Shown one piece after another: positions 1 to 8,786 of a DNA stretch of 64,000 nucleotides. Origin of the DNA: Thermodesulfobacteriota bacterium (GTDB lineage: Bacteria; Desulfobacterota; Desulfobacteria; Desulfobacterales; SURF-7); NCBI GenBank assembly GCA_049320885.1, contig JBMORA010000042.1:1-64000 (forward strand), in the 5' to 3' direction. Each line of letters begins with the position of its first letter. The first letter of the stretch is position 1. A model generated the notes under the pieces. That model did no database searches, was not told where the DNA came from, and worked only from the letters and a program-made list of their open reading frames with translations. A program made the position numbers and the translations under genes.

Positions 1-127
1 CTCCGATGAGGTGGTCACAATGCTCCGGAACGGGTGGTCACAATGGAGCGGAACAGGTGGTCACAATCCTCCGGAATCGGTGGTCACAATGGAGCGGAAT
101 CGGTGGTCAGTTTGAGCGGAATACGCA
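1..127. mobile_element. Terminal part of an IS21-family insertion sequence (remainder lies left of the window)
   Basis: Five copies of GGTGGTCA(C/G) at 23-bp period (10, 33, 56, 79, 102) ending in ...CGGAATACGCA. The reverse complement TGCGTATTCCG..., the CA terminus and multiple subterminal repeats are typical of IS21 ends. Composition turns AT-rich right after 127. Confidence 0.8.
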
Positions 128-1130
128 CCAACCGATGGATGTGTCATTTTTATCTCAGATAGGCGGTAGATACTGGACCCTTAAATACCTTCAAGGATCA
201 AAGGCATTTGATGATGAGGCGGCCAAGCAAATAGAAAAAGAGTTTCTTAGACAAAAAGCAGATAAGTCTGAGTTTTTGCCTGTTAATGCTGTTGGCGAAA
301 CATCAGACGATGAAGAAGCAGATGTCTCTTTAAGCGATAGTGAAGTAGAAGAATTGATTCTTGAAGTGCCTGATGTTGAGCTTCAAATCATGGGTACCTT
401 TCAAACTGTGAACTTTCTAAATGAATCTGATAAATTGCGTGGGCTTGAATCTTTAGTAAACCGTAATTTCTACCAATTGTTTACACAGTATGAAGAGCGT
501 CGAACGATTCTAATTCCAGAAAACCGTCTATTTCTCAGCTCAGGGCCAAAAATAGAAGGATTATTCGTGAAAGAAATCAGGACAATTCCTGACGCCTTAT
601 TAATAACTTTTAACAAGAAGGCGAAGGTCCCCATCCAAATTAGTCTCGTAGAATACGAATGCTATGGAGAAACCCGATTCCGGCCAAATGATAAGTCTCA
701 GTATATGAATGCGACAATTATTCCCCAGTTGATGAGGTTCGCATCGGCATTCAGTATTATAACTGATCAATATACAAGAACCGAAACTATAAAGAAATGG
801 ATCGATAAGATTGTTGAATACACTTTAAGGGAGCAGGATTTGGTGGCCAAGGTTGACGCTTGGGTCAAGGAAATTGATTCTGAAATTTCAACCCGCCAAA
901 TAATTAGTTTCTTCGAGAAGAAGCTGGATGAAGCTTTCAGGTCGAATATCCATGTTTATTTGATCATTGATGAGTTGAGTATTGATCAACGTGAGACCAT
1001 AAGGAATGTCATTCGATCTTTCAAGATGGACAACGGAGAGTCGATTGTTTTCGATGCATCTATTGTAAAGCTAGTCCAGAGAATCACCATGATGGATCAC
1101 AAACTTGAATTCGGTTTGACGGTACAATAA
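128..1130 (+). pseudogene. 5'-truncated AT-rich gene interrupted by the IS; putative PD-(D/E)xK-like nuclease, possibly with a remnant of an EVE/PUA-like domain
   Basis: Open frame from the IS junction to TAA 1130. Motif IPDALLI...ISLVEYE follows an acidic linker. The first ~40 aa of the ORF-track protein are just translated IS repeats. Confidence 0.5.
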
Positions 1131-1279
1131 TTTTCTGTCATTGCTTATCCCCAAAAAGCCTTCCGGTCACAGGTCAATCCCCAGCGCTCACTAATTTAGG
1201 AATGAAGCTTTTTCAAATTATCTGAATAATGACATTTTTTATCAACACTACATAAACATATCGAGCTAATAAACTAATC

Positions 1280-1370
1280 GCTTAAAGAAAACGAACGTAT
1301 AAGATTATCATAAGTATATAAATATATTCATTGACATTCGTTTTATTAAAGTGTAAAGTATTACATAGAT
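1280..1370 (+). promoter_or_regulatory. Putative res site and sigma70 promoter of the resolvase
   Basis: AT-rich segment with inverted AAAACGAA...TTCGTTTT; TTGACA(1331)-17 bp-TAAAGT(1354). Confidence 0.45.
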
Positions 1371-1401
1371 AGTGAGGTATTCATTTAAACTTTCACAGAG
1401 G

Positions 1402-2046
1402 ATGTCAATTGTGACCAAGAAGAAGCCAAGAACAATCGGATATCTGAGGGTTTCAACCGTTGAGCAAGACCTTGAAAAAAACAGGCACGAGATTCTCGCC
1501 CTTGCCAATGAGAAGGACTTTGGAAAGGTTGAATGGGTAGAGGAAAAGGTTAGCGGGAAAAAGAACTGGAAGGAACGCAAGATTAAGGACGTGATTGACA
1601 GCCTGGGTTCCGGTGACCGGATCATTGTTCCGGAATTATCAAGGCTGGGTCGATCCATGCTTGAGATTATGGAGATGCTTTCAATCGCCAAGGAAAAAGA
1701 TATCAGCATCTATGCAATCAAAGGCGGCTGGGAGTTGAACGGATCACTTCAGTCAAAAGTCATGGCGATGGCCTTTTCCATTGCGGCGGAGATCGAACGT
1801 GACCTTATCAGCAAACGCACCACAGAGGCCTTGAGAGCCCGTAAGGCGGCCGGTGTCCAGCTTGGCAGGCCAAAAGGGCCGGGCAAATCAAAGCTTGATG
1901 GAAACCGTGAAGAAATAGTTGCCCTTCTGAAAAACGGTTCAACAAAGTCTTATGTGGCGAAGAAATACGGGACCACCTTGCCTAATCTTTATAACTGGCT
2001 TTCAAAGAATGGCATTGATGCAAAACCGGTCATTTCTAAATTGTAA
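1402..2046 (+). CDS. Serine recombinase (resolvase/invertase family) with C-terminal HTH
   Basis: GYLRVST catalytic motif, ELSRLGRS, AEIERDLISKRT, G.QLGRP and C-terminal HTH (VAKKYGTTLPNLYNWL). Start 1402 (ATG) or 1411 (GTG). Confidence 0.93.
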   Translation: MSIVTKKKPRTIGYLRVSTVEQDLEKNRHEILALANEKDFGKVEWVEEKVSGKKNWKERKIKDVIDSLGSGDRIIVPELSRLGRSMLEIMEMLSIAKEKDISIYAIKGGWELNGSLQSKVMAMAFSIAAEIERDLISKRTTEALRARKAAGVQLGRPKGPGKSKLDGNREEIVALLKNGSTKSYVAKKYGTTLPNLYNWLSKNGIDAKPVISKL

Positions 2047-2080
2047 TGGTCATTGCATTCTCAACTGAAGAGGAGGTGTA

Positions 2081-2503
2081 ATGCTTTTGCGAATCAAGGG
2101 AGTGAAAACGAAACATGCGATCCACGAAGTTGACCCTGATGCTGGCGAAGACTCCTTTTTCATGAAGCCGAAGCACCTGGTCACGCTCGGAGAAGTGGCG
2201 TGGCCGGAATGGGTGAAGGAGGACATCGCCCAGCAGTTCAGGCGGATCGGCATCCAAGACCCATACAAGCAGAAGCTCGTTGAGCCCTTTGCCATGGCCT
2301 TCGGCGGCAGAAATAACGATGGAGCATATGACCTGTCACGGGTCAAGTGGGAAATGGTAGTTGATTATTTCCGTTGGGAGTCCGCTGCCTGGGATAGGGA
2401 CACTCCCGAGAAAGAAAAAGCCCTGAAGCTTATGATCGCCGAGATCAAAGCCAAGTATGGCGGAATGTTCAACCATCAAATGGTTTACGACGACAGGAAG
2501 TGA
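2081..2503 (+). CDS. Hypothetical protein (island cargo)
   Basis: 140-aa ORF with strong RBS GAGGAGG; no recognisable motif. Confidence 0.7.
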   Translation: MLLRIKGVKTKHAIHEVDPDAGEDSFFMKPKHLVTLGEVAWPEWVKEDIAQQFRRIGIQDPYKQKLVEPFAMAFGGRNNDGAYDLSRVKWEMVVDYFRWESAAWDRDTPEKEKALKLMIAEIKAKYGGMFNHQMVYDDRK

Positions 2504-2611
2504 AACATGCAATTCAGCCATACTGTCCAGATCAGACAGCATGCCATCGTTTCAATGTAAATATCTCGAATCTTCTCTGACTGGATGTAAAGATATTCAA
2601 GGGGGGGCCTT

Positions 2612-3709
2612 TTGACAATGTCTGAAGCTGCGAAAGTATGCTGGGATACGCACCGAAACCATTGGTGTGTCCGCTTGATTTGGCAAGGGAAGCGATACTA
2701 TTTCAGCAAATACCTTGGCCAGGTGAAGACCGGCTCTGACCCTTCCCGGCCCTGTCAAGTCGCCCAGCGTATTGCTTCTGATATCAACGCTGAAATTGAT
2801 AAGGGTATTTTCAACCCGGCACGACACCAGCAATCAAAGCCCCTGCATGTTGCCCAATACTACCAGCGATGGATAGCTACCTTGACGCTCGAAGCTGCAA
2901 CGCTCAAGGATTATCGGAACAGCTTCAAGAACCATATCATCCCCAGGATAGGCGACAAGTTCCTCCTGGACATCAACTATGAGGTTCTGAAAAACCTCCA
3001 GAACGGAATCCAACGCAGCAGCAAGGGCAAGAAAAACGTCATGGGAGCGCTTCACAAGCTGCTGGGCGATGCCTTCAGGTCCGGACATATCCCAGCAATG
3101 CCGGTTTTCCCTTCCTTCACTGGACGCGATACGGTCGTTGATAAAGTGCCTGAATGGATCAATGCCGACACCCAGGCCAAGGTTCTCGCCGAAATCCCGC
3201 CTGCTGACCGGCATATATTCAGATTCATGTTCCTGACCGGTTGCAGGGTTTCGGAAGCTCGCGCCTTCAGGTGGACCGACATCAAGCCTGATCACATTGT
3301 TTTCTCGGTCACATTCGACCCTCACGAGAACCTGAAACCGATCAAGAATAAACGTGAACGCAAGTTCCCGATAACAGCAGGTCTGCGTGAACTGTTCAGT
3401 GACATGCCCAGGAACCTATCTCCCTTCTGTTTCCTCAACTCCAGAACAGGCAGGCCACATACCAAGAACATCAACCGAGACACATGGAATCCGGCCTGTC
3501 AAAAAGCCATGGGTCGCGTGTTCCCGCTCAACAACGCCGGTCGTCACTCCTTCGCCAATCAGCTCCTTGAAGCAACGGACAATATCTCCCTTGTGTCGAA
3601 GGCGCTGGGACATTCCCATATTTCGGTTACCAAGAAACATTATGGCGATCATTCCGTCGAATCCATGCGCCAGGTGATTGACAACGTCAGGCCGATAAAA
3701 AGGTCTTGA
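2612..3709 (+). CDS. Tyrosine recombinase / phage-type integrase
   Basis: TGCRVSEA (R), GRHSFA, LGHS and KHY catalytic residues; N-terminal arm-binding-like region; adjacent to a tRNA-derived att site. Confidence 0.93.
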   Translation: MTMSEAAKVCWDTHRNHWCVRLIWQGKRYYFSKYLGQVKTGSDPSRPCQVAQRIASDINAEIDKGIFNPARHQQSKPLHVAQYYQRWIATLTLEAATLKDYRNSFKNHIIPRIGDKFLLDINYEVLKNLQNGIQRSSKGKKNVMGALHKLLGDAFRSGHIPAMPVFPSFTGRDTVVDKVPEWINADTQAKVLAEIPPADRHIFRFMFLTGCRVSEARAFRWTDIKPDHIVFSVTFDPHENLKPIKNKRERKFPITAGLRELFSDMPRNLSPFCFLNSRTGRPHTKNINRDTWNPACQKAMGRVFPLNNAGRHSFANQLLEATDNISLVSKALGHSHISVTKKHYGDHSVESMRQVIDNVRPIKRS

Positions 3710-3724
3710 CCTCCTTCTCGCAAG

Positions 3725-3793
3725 CTTGTAAGAAGTCCCTCGTGAACAGGCCATGTGAGCAACTTGTGAGCAAGGGAAAAATGGACTTACAAG
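3725..3793. repeat. Putative integrase arm-type binding sites
   Basis: TGTGAGCAA direct repeats at 3754 and 3765; imperfect inverted pair CTTGTAAG(AAG)TCC / GGACTTACAAG. Confidence 0.5.
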
Positions 3794-3828
3794 GCATTGA
3801 ATTTATTGCATAATTATGAGGTGAAGTG

Positions 3829-3854
3829 GGGTTCGAATCCCACCCTCTCCGCCA
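3829..3854 (+). mobile_element. att site: duplicated 3' end of a tRNA-Ser gene marking the island boundary
   Basis: GGGTTCGAATCCCACCCTCTCCGCCA is a T-loop, acceptor 3' strand and CCA, with no 5' half, D-arm or anticodon upstream; 120 bp after the integrase. Confidence 0.85.
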
Positions 3855-3979
3855 GTGATGGCGGGATTATTGCAGGCAAACAAGGTACCGTGGACGGCTC
3901 TTTTGATGGGTGAGTGACAATTCAGGTTCGGTCTGTTGGAAACGGAGAGCCGAACAGCAACGACCGCAGTGCGTATCGC

Positions 3980-4069
3980 GGAGAGATGGCCGAGTTGGCT
4001 GAAGGTGCACGACTGGAAATCGTGTGTGCTCAAAAGGCACCGAGGGTTCGAATCCCTCTCTCTCCGCCA
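3980..4069 (+). tRNA. tRNA-Ser (anticodon GGA)
   Basis: GGAGAGA acceptor stem, D-arm, anticodon loop CTGGAAA, long variable arm, GGTTCGAATCC and encoded CCA; 90 nt. Confidence 0.97.
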
Positions 4070-4227
4070 CATTCATTCTGGATTCTTCCCCTTTCTCCGG
4101 CGCTTGATTTCCGGATCATTCATTCCGATCCATCGCGTTGATCGTCCGCCGTTTTCTTGACATGGCCCCTCCAGGCGTTCCATGCCGGAAAATACAGTGT
4201 AATTTGTGAGCATCGAGGTATTGTTGC

Positions 4228-5906
4228 ATGTCCTATCTTGTGCTGGCACGCAAATATCGACCCCAGACATTCGAACAGGTCGTTAACCAGCCCCATGTCA
4301 TCCAGACCTTGGCCAACGCGGTTGCCACCAATCGAATGGCCCATGCGGTGCTCTTTTCAGGCCCCCGGGGCACCGGTAAAACCACAATCGCCCGAATCCT
4401 GGCCAAGGCCATGAATTGTCAGGAAGGCCCCACGGCCACCCCCTGCAATCAATGCCAATCCTGCCGGGAAATCACCGCCGGAAACTCGGCGGACGTCTTT
4501 GAGATCGACGGCGCCTCCAACAACGGTGTGGACCAGGTCCGGGAGCTGCGGGAAAATATCAAGTACCTGCCTCAGCACAGCCGCCACAAGATTTATATCA
4601 TCGATGAAGTTCACATGCTGAGCATTGCGGCCTTTAACGCCCTGCTCAAAACCCTGGAGGAACCGCCCGGGCACGCGCTGTTTTTCTTCGCCACCACCGA
4701 ACCCCATAAAATCCCCATCACCATCCTGTCCAGGTGCCAGCGCCACGACCTGAAGAGAATCGGTTTGGAGGACATGGTCCGCCACATGCAAGCCGTGTGT
4801 GCCAAGGAAGCCATTTCCATCCCCGTGGAAAGCTTGTCCGTCATCGCCAGGGAGGCTGACGGTTGCATGCGGGATGCCTTGAGTTTATTGGATCAGGTCA
4901 TCAGCTTCACCAGCGGCGCCGTCACCCATCAGCAGGTCCTGGAGGTGCTGGGCGTGGTGGACCGTCAGTTGATTTTCCAGACAGCCGATGCGGTCCTCGA
5001 CAGGGATATCCCGAAATTGATCGATATCGTGGACGACCTGTTTAGCCGCGGTCATGATTTGAAAAAATTCTTCGGGGAGCTGACCGGTCATTTCCGGAAT
5101 CTGCTGGTGGTTAAAATGGCTCACCGGGTGGATCGTCTGGTGGATGCGCCGGACCATGAGATCGACCAGATGCGACAGCAGGCCCGGCGGGTCTCGGAAA
5201 TCCATCTCAGCCAGATGCTGGACAACATGCTGAAGGAGGAAGCCTTCGTTAAACTGTCCTCGCAACCCAAGCTGGCCCTGGAGATGACGCTGATCAAGAC
5301 CCTGCAGAGCCGGCCGGCGCTGTCCATCGAAACGCTGATTGAAAAAATCGATACCCTGCGCCGGGAGTTCCATGAAGGCGCCCCGGCCGAAAACCCCGGC
5401 CCGGGCGCCAGGCCGGCCGCAACAGTCGAAACCGCCGGGAACCCTTCCGCTCCACGCCCCGGAACCCAACCCGCGCCCCCGGGGGGGGGGGCGGAGGGCC
5501 GCCTTCCGCCGCTGGTATTCAACGGAAGACGCCAAGGGTGGCGGAGACCCCCGCCGGAATCTGGGAAGACATCTGTCAATGCATCATCCAAAAGCATCCG
5601 TCCATGGCCGCCTCGCTGTCGGACTGCACCGTCACCGAGCTGACGGAAGACCGGATCATGCTCCGCATCCGGACAAACGCCTTCAACGCCGGTATGATCC
5701 AGCAGAAAAAAGCGCTCTTTGATGAGACGGCCACCGCACGGTTCGGCAGGCGCATGGACTGCCGCTTTGAAATCGAGACCCCGAAAACCGCCGAAAACGG
5801 CAACGCCCAGAACGGCCAGCTAAAGGAAGAGGCCCTGCGTCATCCGCTGGTGGCCCAAGCCGTGGAGCTATTCGAAGGAAAAGTGATTGACGTCAAAATA
5901 TTATAG
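4228..5906 (+). CDS. dnaX: DNA polymerase III subunit gamma/tau, reading frame broken at G11 run 5481-5491
   Basis: LARKYRP, GPRGTGKTT, Zn-binding cysteines, DEVHML, SRC. The tau C-terminal domain (WEDI...HPLVAQAVELFEG) lies in the -1 frame, which is open from the G run to 5906. Confidence 0.92.
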
Positions 5907-5918
5907 GAGGGAAAGCCG

Positions 5919-6230
5919 ATGAAAGGTATGGGAAACATGCTGAAACAGGCCCAGCAGCTTCAGGCCAGGATGATGAAGATGCAGGAAGAGCTGGCCGGCA
6001 GGACAGTCGAGGGGAGCGCCGGGGGCGGGATGGTCAAGGCCGTGGCCAACGGCAAGCAGCAGGTTGTCTCCATTCACATTGAAAAAGAGGTCGTCGATCC
6101 CCAGGATGTGGACATGCTCCAGGATCTGATCCTGGCGGCGGTCAACGACGCCCTGACCAAATCCCAGGAGATGGTGTCCTCGGAAATGGGCAAACTGACC
6201 GGAGGAATGAATATCCCCGGTCTGATGTAG
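5919..6230 (+). CDS. ybaB: YbaB/EbfC nucleoid-associated protein
   Basis: [29 protein letters not shown]; dnaX-ybaB-recR synteny. Confidence 0.96.
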   Translation: MKGMGNMLKQAQQLQARMMKMQEELAGRTVEGSAGGGMVKAVANGKQQVVSIHIEKEVVDPQDVDMLQDLILAAVNDALTKSQEMVSSEMGKLTGGMNIPGLM

Positions 6231-6317
6231 CCGGCGCCGGATCGAGAAAGTCCCGCGGGGACGGAATCGAACCCCGGCCGGTAACCCGAGCATGATTTGA
6301 ACAGGTATCAGGACCCG

Positions 6318-6917
6318 ATGCAGTACTACCCCCCAACCATTATCAACGCCATCCGGAATCTGGGGAAACTTCCGGGTGTCGGAGAAAAAACCGCGGAACG
6401 CTTGGCGCTCCACATTCTCCGGGCCCCGGAAACGGAAGCCTATCAATTGGCCGAAAGCATACGAGAACTCAGGGGAAAAACCCGTCTGTGCGCCCTGTGC
6501 TTCGCCATGAGCGACCAGGAGAGATGCCGGATCTGCGGCAACCCCTCCCGTGACGCCGGCCTGCTGTGCGTGGTGGAGCAACCGGGCGACATGGTGGCCA
6601 TCGAAAAATCCGGCGGATATGATGGACTGTATCACATTCTTCAGGGCGCGCTTTCCCCCATGGACGGCATCCAGCCGGAACATCTCCGGATCAGGGAACT
6701 GCTGGAAAGGGTTGCCTCCGGACAAATACGTGAAGTCATCATCGCCACCGGCACCGGCGTCGAAGGGGAGTCCACGGCCGCCTATCTGTCCGAACAGCTT
6801 GCCCGCCATCCGCTCAAGGTGACCCGGATCGCCTCCGGGGTCCCCATCGGCGGCGACCTGAAATACGTGGATCAGGTCACCATCAAACGCGCCATGGAGA
6901 AACGCCATGCCCTCTAG
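6318..6917 (+). CDS. recR: Recombination protein RecR
   Basis: LPGVGEKTAERLA, C4 Zn finger, Toprim region, TRIASGVPIGGDLKYVD. Confidence 0.96.
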   Translation: MQYYPPTIINAIRNLGKLPGVGEKTAERLALHILRAPETEAYQLAESIRELRGKTRLCALCFAMSDQERCRICGNPSRDAGLLCVVEQPGDMVAIEKSGGYDGLYHILQGALSPMDGIQPEHLRIRELLERVASGQIREVIIATGTGVEGESTAAYLSEQLARHPLKVTRIASGVPIGGDLKYVDQVTIKRAMEKRHAL

Positions 6918-7326
6918 TCGCTTGACCGCCGCGGATGTGTTTCAATGTAAAAAATGCGGAGACTGCTGCAAGGGGTATGGCGGAACCTACCTCGCTCCCG
7001 GGGACGTCACGACCATCGCGCACCACCTGCATATCACCGAAGAAAAACTGCTCGCCGATTACTGCCGGTTGTCGGGAGGTAAACCCCTGCTGGCCCAGCA
7101 GCGGAACGGCTATTGCCTATTCTGGGACGAAGTTTGCACGATCCATCCCGTGAAACCCCGCATGTGCCGGGCCTGGCCTTTCATCAAGGCCGTGCTGATC
7201 GAACCGGGCAACTGGGAGATCATGGCGGGGATGTGCCCGGGAATCCGCTTGGACGTGCCGGATCGGCAAATCGTTGAAATCGTACGCAGGGAAATCAAAC
7301 GGATGGAAGAAAAGTCATCAAAATGA
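6907..7326 (+). CDS. YkgJ-family cysteine-cluster (Zn/Fe-chelating) protein
   Basis: FQCKKCGDCC, CLFW, CTIHPVKPRMCRAWPF. Confidence 0.88.
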   Translation: MPSSRLTAADVFQCKKCGDCCKGYGGTYLAPGDVTTIAHHLHITEEKLLADYCRLSGGKPLLAQQRNGYCLFWDEVCTIHPVKPRMCRAWPFIKAVLIEPGNWEIMAGMCPGIRLDVPDRQIVEIVRREIKRMEEKSSK

Positions 7327-8108
7327 TCGGCATTTTTGATTCAGGCATCGGCGGTCTGACGGTTGTTAAAGCGATAATGGAACAGCTGCCCGAATACGAC
7401 CTCGTATATTTCGGCGACACGGCCCGCACCCCTTACGGCAGCAAGAGCGGCGACACCGTGGCCGGATACGCGGTGGAAAATACGGATTTTCTTCTCGGCC
7501 AGGGCGCCCGGATCATCGTTGTGGCCTGCAATTCCGCCTCCAGCGTGGCCATGGATCGTCTGCACGGCAGCTATGACGGGCCCATTTTCGAGGTCATCAC
7601 GCCGGCGGTGGAAACGGCCGTGGCCGCCTCTTCGACCCGGCGCATCGGCGTCATCGGCACCCGGGCCACGGTCAACAGCGGAATTTATCCCCGGGAGATT
7701 CAAAAAGCCGCACCCGGCGCGGCCGTCTTTTCAGCCGCCTGTCCCCTGCTGGTGCCCCTGGTGGAAGAAGGCTGGCTCAAGAAGCCGGAAACCCGCATGA
7801 TCGTCAAAAAATATCTCCTGCCCCTCAAGGTGCGGCAGATCGACACCCTGATCCTCGGCTGCACCCATTACCCCCTGCTCAAACCCATCATCCAGACCAA
7901 GATCGGGAAACGGGTGAAGATCATCGACTCCTCCATCGCCGTGGCCGCCAAGGTCCGGCAGTTCATGGCGACGCATCCGGAAATCGCCGCCGGCATGAAA
8001 AAGAACGGCGCCTCGCGCTTCTTCGTTTCCGACGTCACCAGCCAGTTCGAAAAAATCGCCCGCCTGCTGCTCAAACGGGACATCAACCTGACCCATGTGG
8101 CCATCTGA
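7323..8108 (+). CDS. murI: Glutamate racemase
   Basis: IGIFDSGIGGLTV, PYGSKS, VACNSAS, LILGCTHYP. Confidence 0.97.
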   Translation: MIGIFDSGIGGLTVVKAIMEQLPEYDLVYFGDTARTPYGSKSGDTVAGYAVENTDFLLGQGARIIVVACNSASSVAMDRLHGSYDGPIFEVITPAVETAVAASSTRRIGVIGTRATVNSGIYPREIQKAAPGAAVFSAACPLLVPLVEEGWLKKPETRMIVKKYLLPLKVRQIDTLILGCTHYPLLKPIIQTKIGKRVKIIDSSIAVAAKVRQFMATHPEIAAGMKKNGASRFFVSDVTSQFEKIARLLLKRDINLTHVAI

Positions 8109-8141
8109 CGTCCCTCTGCTGAACATCCGACTTATTTGATA

Positions 8142-8509
8142 TCAAACGGCATGCGGAACGGGGCCGCCGATATGATCGACCACGTTCCGCGCCAGGGCTG
8201 CCTTACCTACTGCGGAACTGCCGACGCCGGCTATTACGATGGTATCCACCGGTTCCGTGCCGGGATCGCTTTGTGCATCGACAAAATCCTTGGGTGTCAG
8301 GTTTCGAATCAGCGCAAGAACCGAGCCGGAATAAACAATCAGATCGACCCTTCGGGATTGACGATGGCGGACAATATCTCCCGCTTTTGCCGGGACAGCG
8401 CCGTCACATCATAAAACACCGCATCGATGGTTGCATTCCATGCGCGCCACGAAGCAAGTGACTTGTTGCGCGGGATTTTCCAGAGGTGAGGCATGGAAAA
8501 CGGTTGCAT
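8142..8509 (-). pseudogene. Frameshifted, truncated remnant of a conserved hypothetical gene
   Basis: RBS GGAGAAGG + ATG 8509. One frame gives ...DAVFYDVTAL...PEGSI*; a shifted frame continues LIVY...IVIAGVGSSAVGKAALARNVVDHIGGPV and stops at 8142. Confidence 0.55.
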
Positions 8510-8786
8510 ATTCCTTCTCCATGGTTCAATAATAGGAACCATGTCCCAGGCGATAACGCCTGAAAAAGAAAAAATCCGGCGGGTGGATGCAGGCGAGGTT
8601 CCAGGCCGCATGATTTTACGATTGACAATAACAAAATTATTATATATGAACAATGTTTAATGGCTGGTTTTTATTATATATAAATTTAGCAATGCCACTC
8701 CGGGGGGCGACCTGCTGCCTGGCAACGGAGATGAAGCGCATGAAAAACCCGCAAACCGGCCTCAAATTCAAGACAGAGGTTTCCCA

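Noticed and set aside
10..113. Regular 23-bp repeats resembling a CRISPR array or iterons
   Set aside because: No unique spacers, period too short, no cas or rep gene; the pattern and CA terminus fit an IS21 end.
6..127. N-terminus of the ORF-track protein 6..1130
   Set aside because: It is a translation of the IS terminal repeats, not part of the original gene.
3780..3854. Second complete tRNA
   Set aside because: Only the 3' 26 nt are tRNA-like; no acceptor 5' strand, D-arm or anticodon arm.
3873..3900. GGCAAAC...GTGGACG resembling a c-di-GMP-I riboswitch
   Set aside because: Lacks the GAAA-capped P2 stem and the following GCAAAG/P3, and is not upstream of a CDS.
5901..6908. Long antisense ORFs (also 28457-29881, 32131-33228, 43111-44496, 46398-47711, 58644-59807)
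   Set aside because: Shadow frames of well-supported genes on the opposite strand, expected in GC-rich DNA.
8695..8730. Small stem-loop cluster upstream of the HEAT gene
   Set aside because: Short stems in GC-rich sequence with no match to a riboswitch I recognise.
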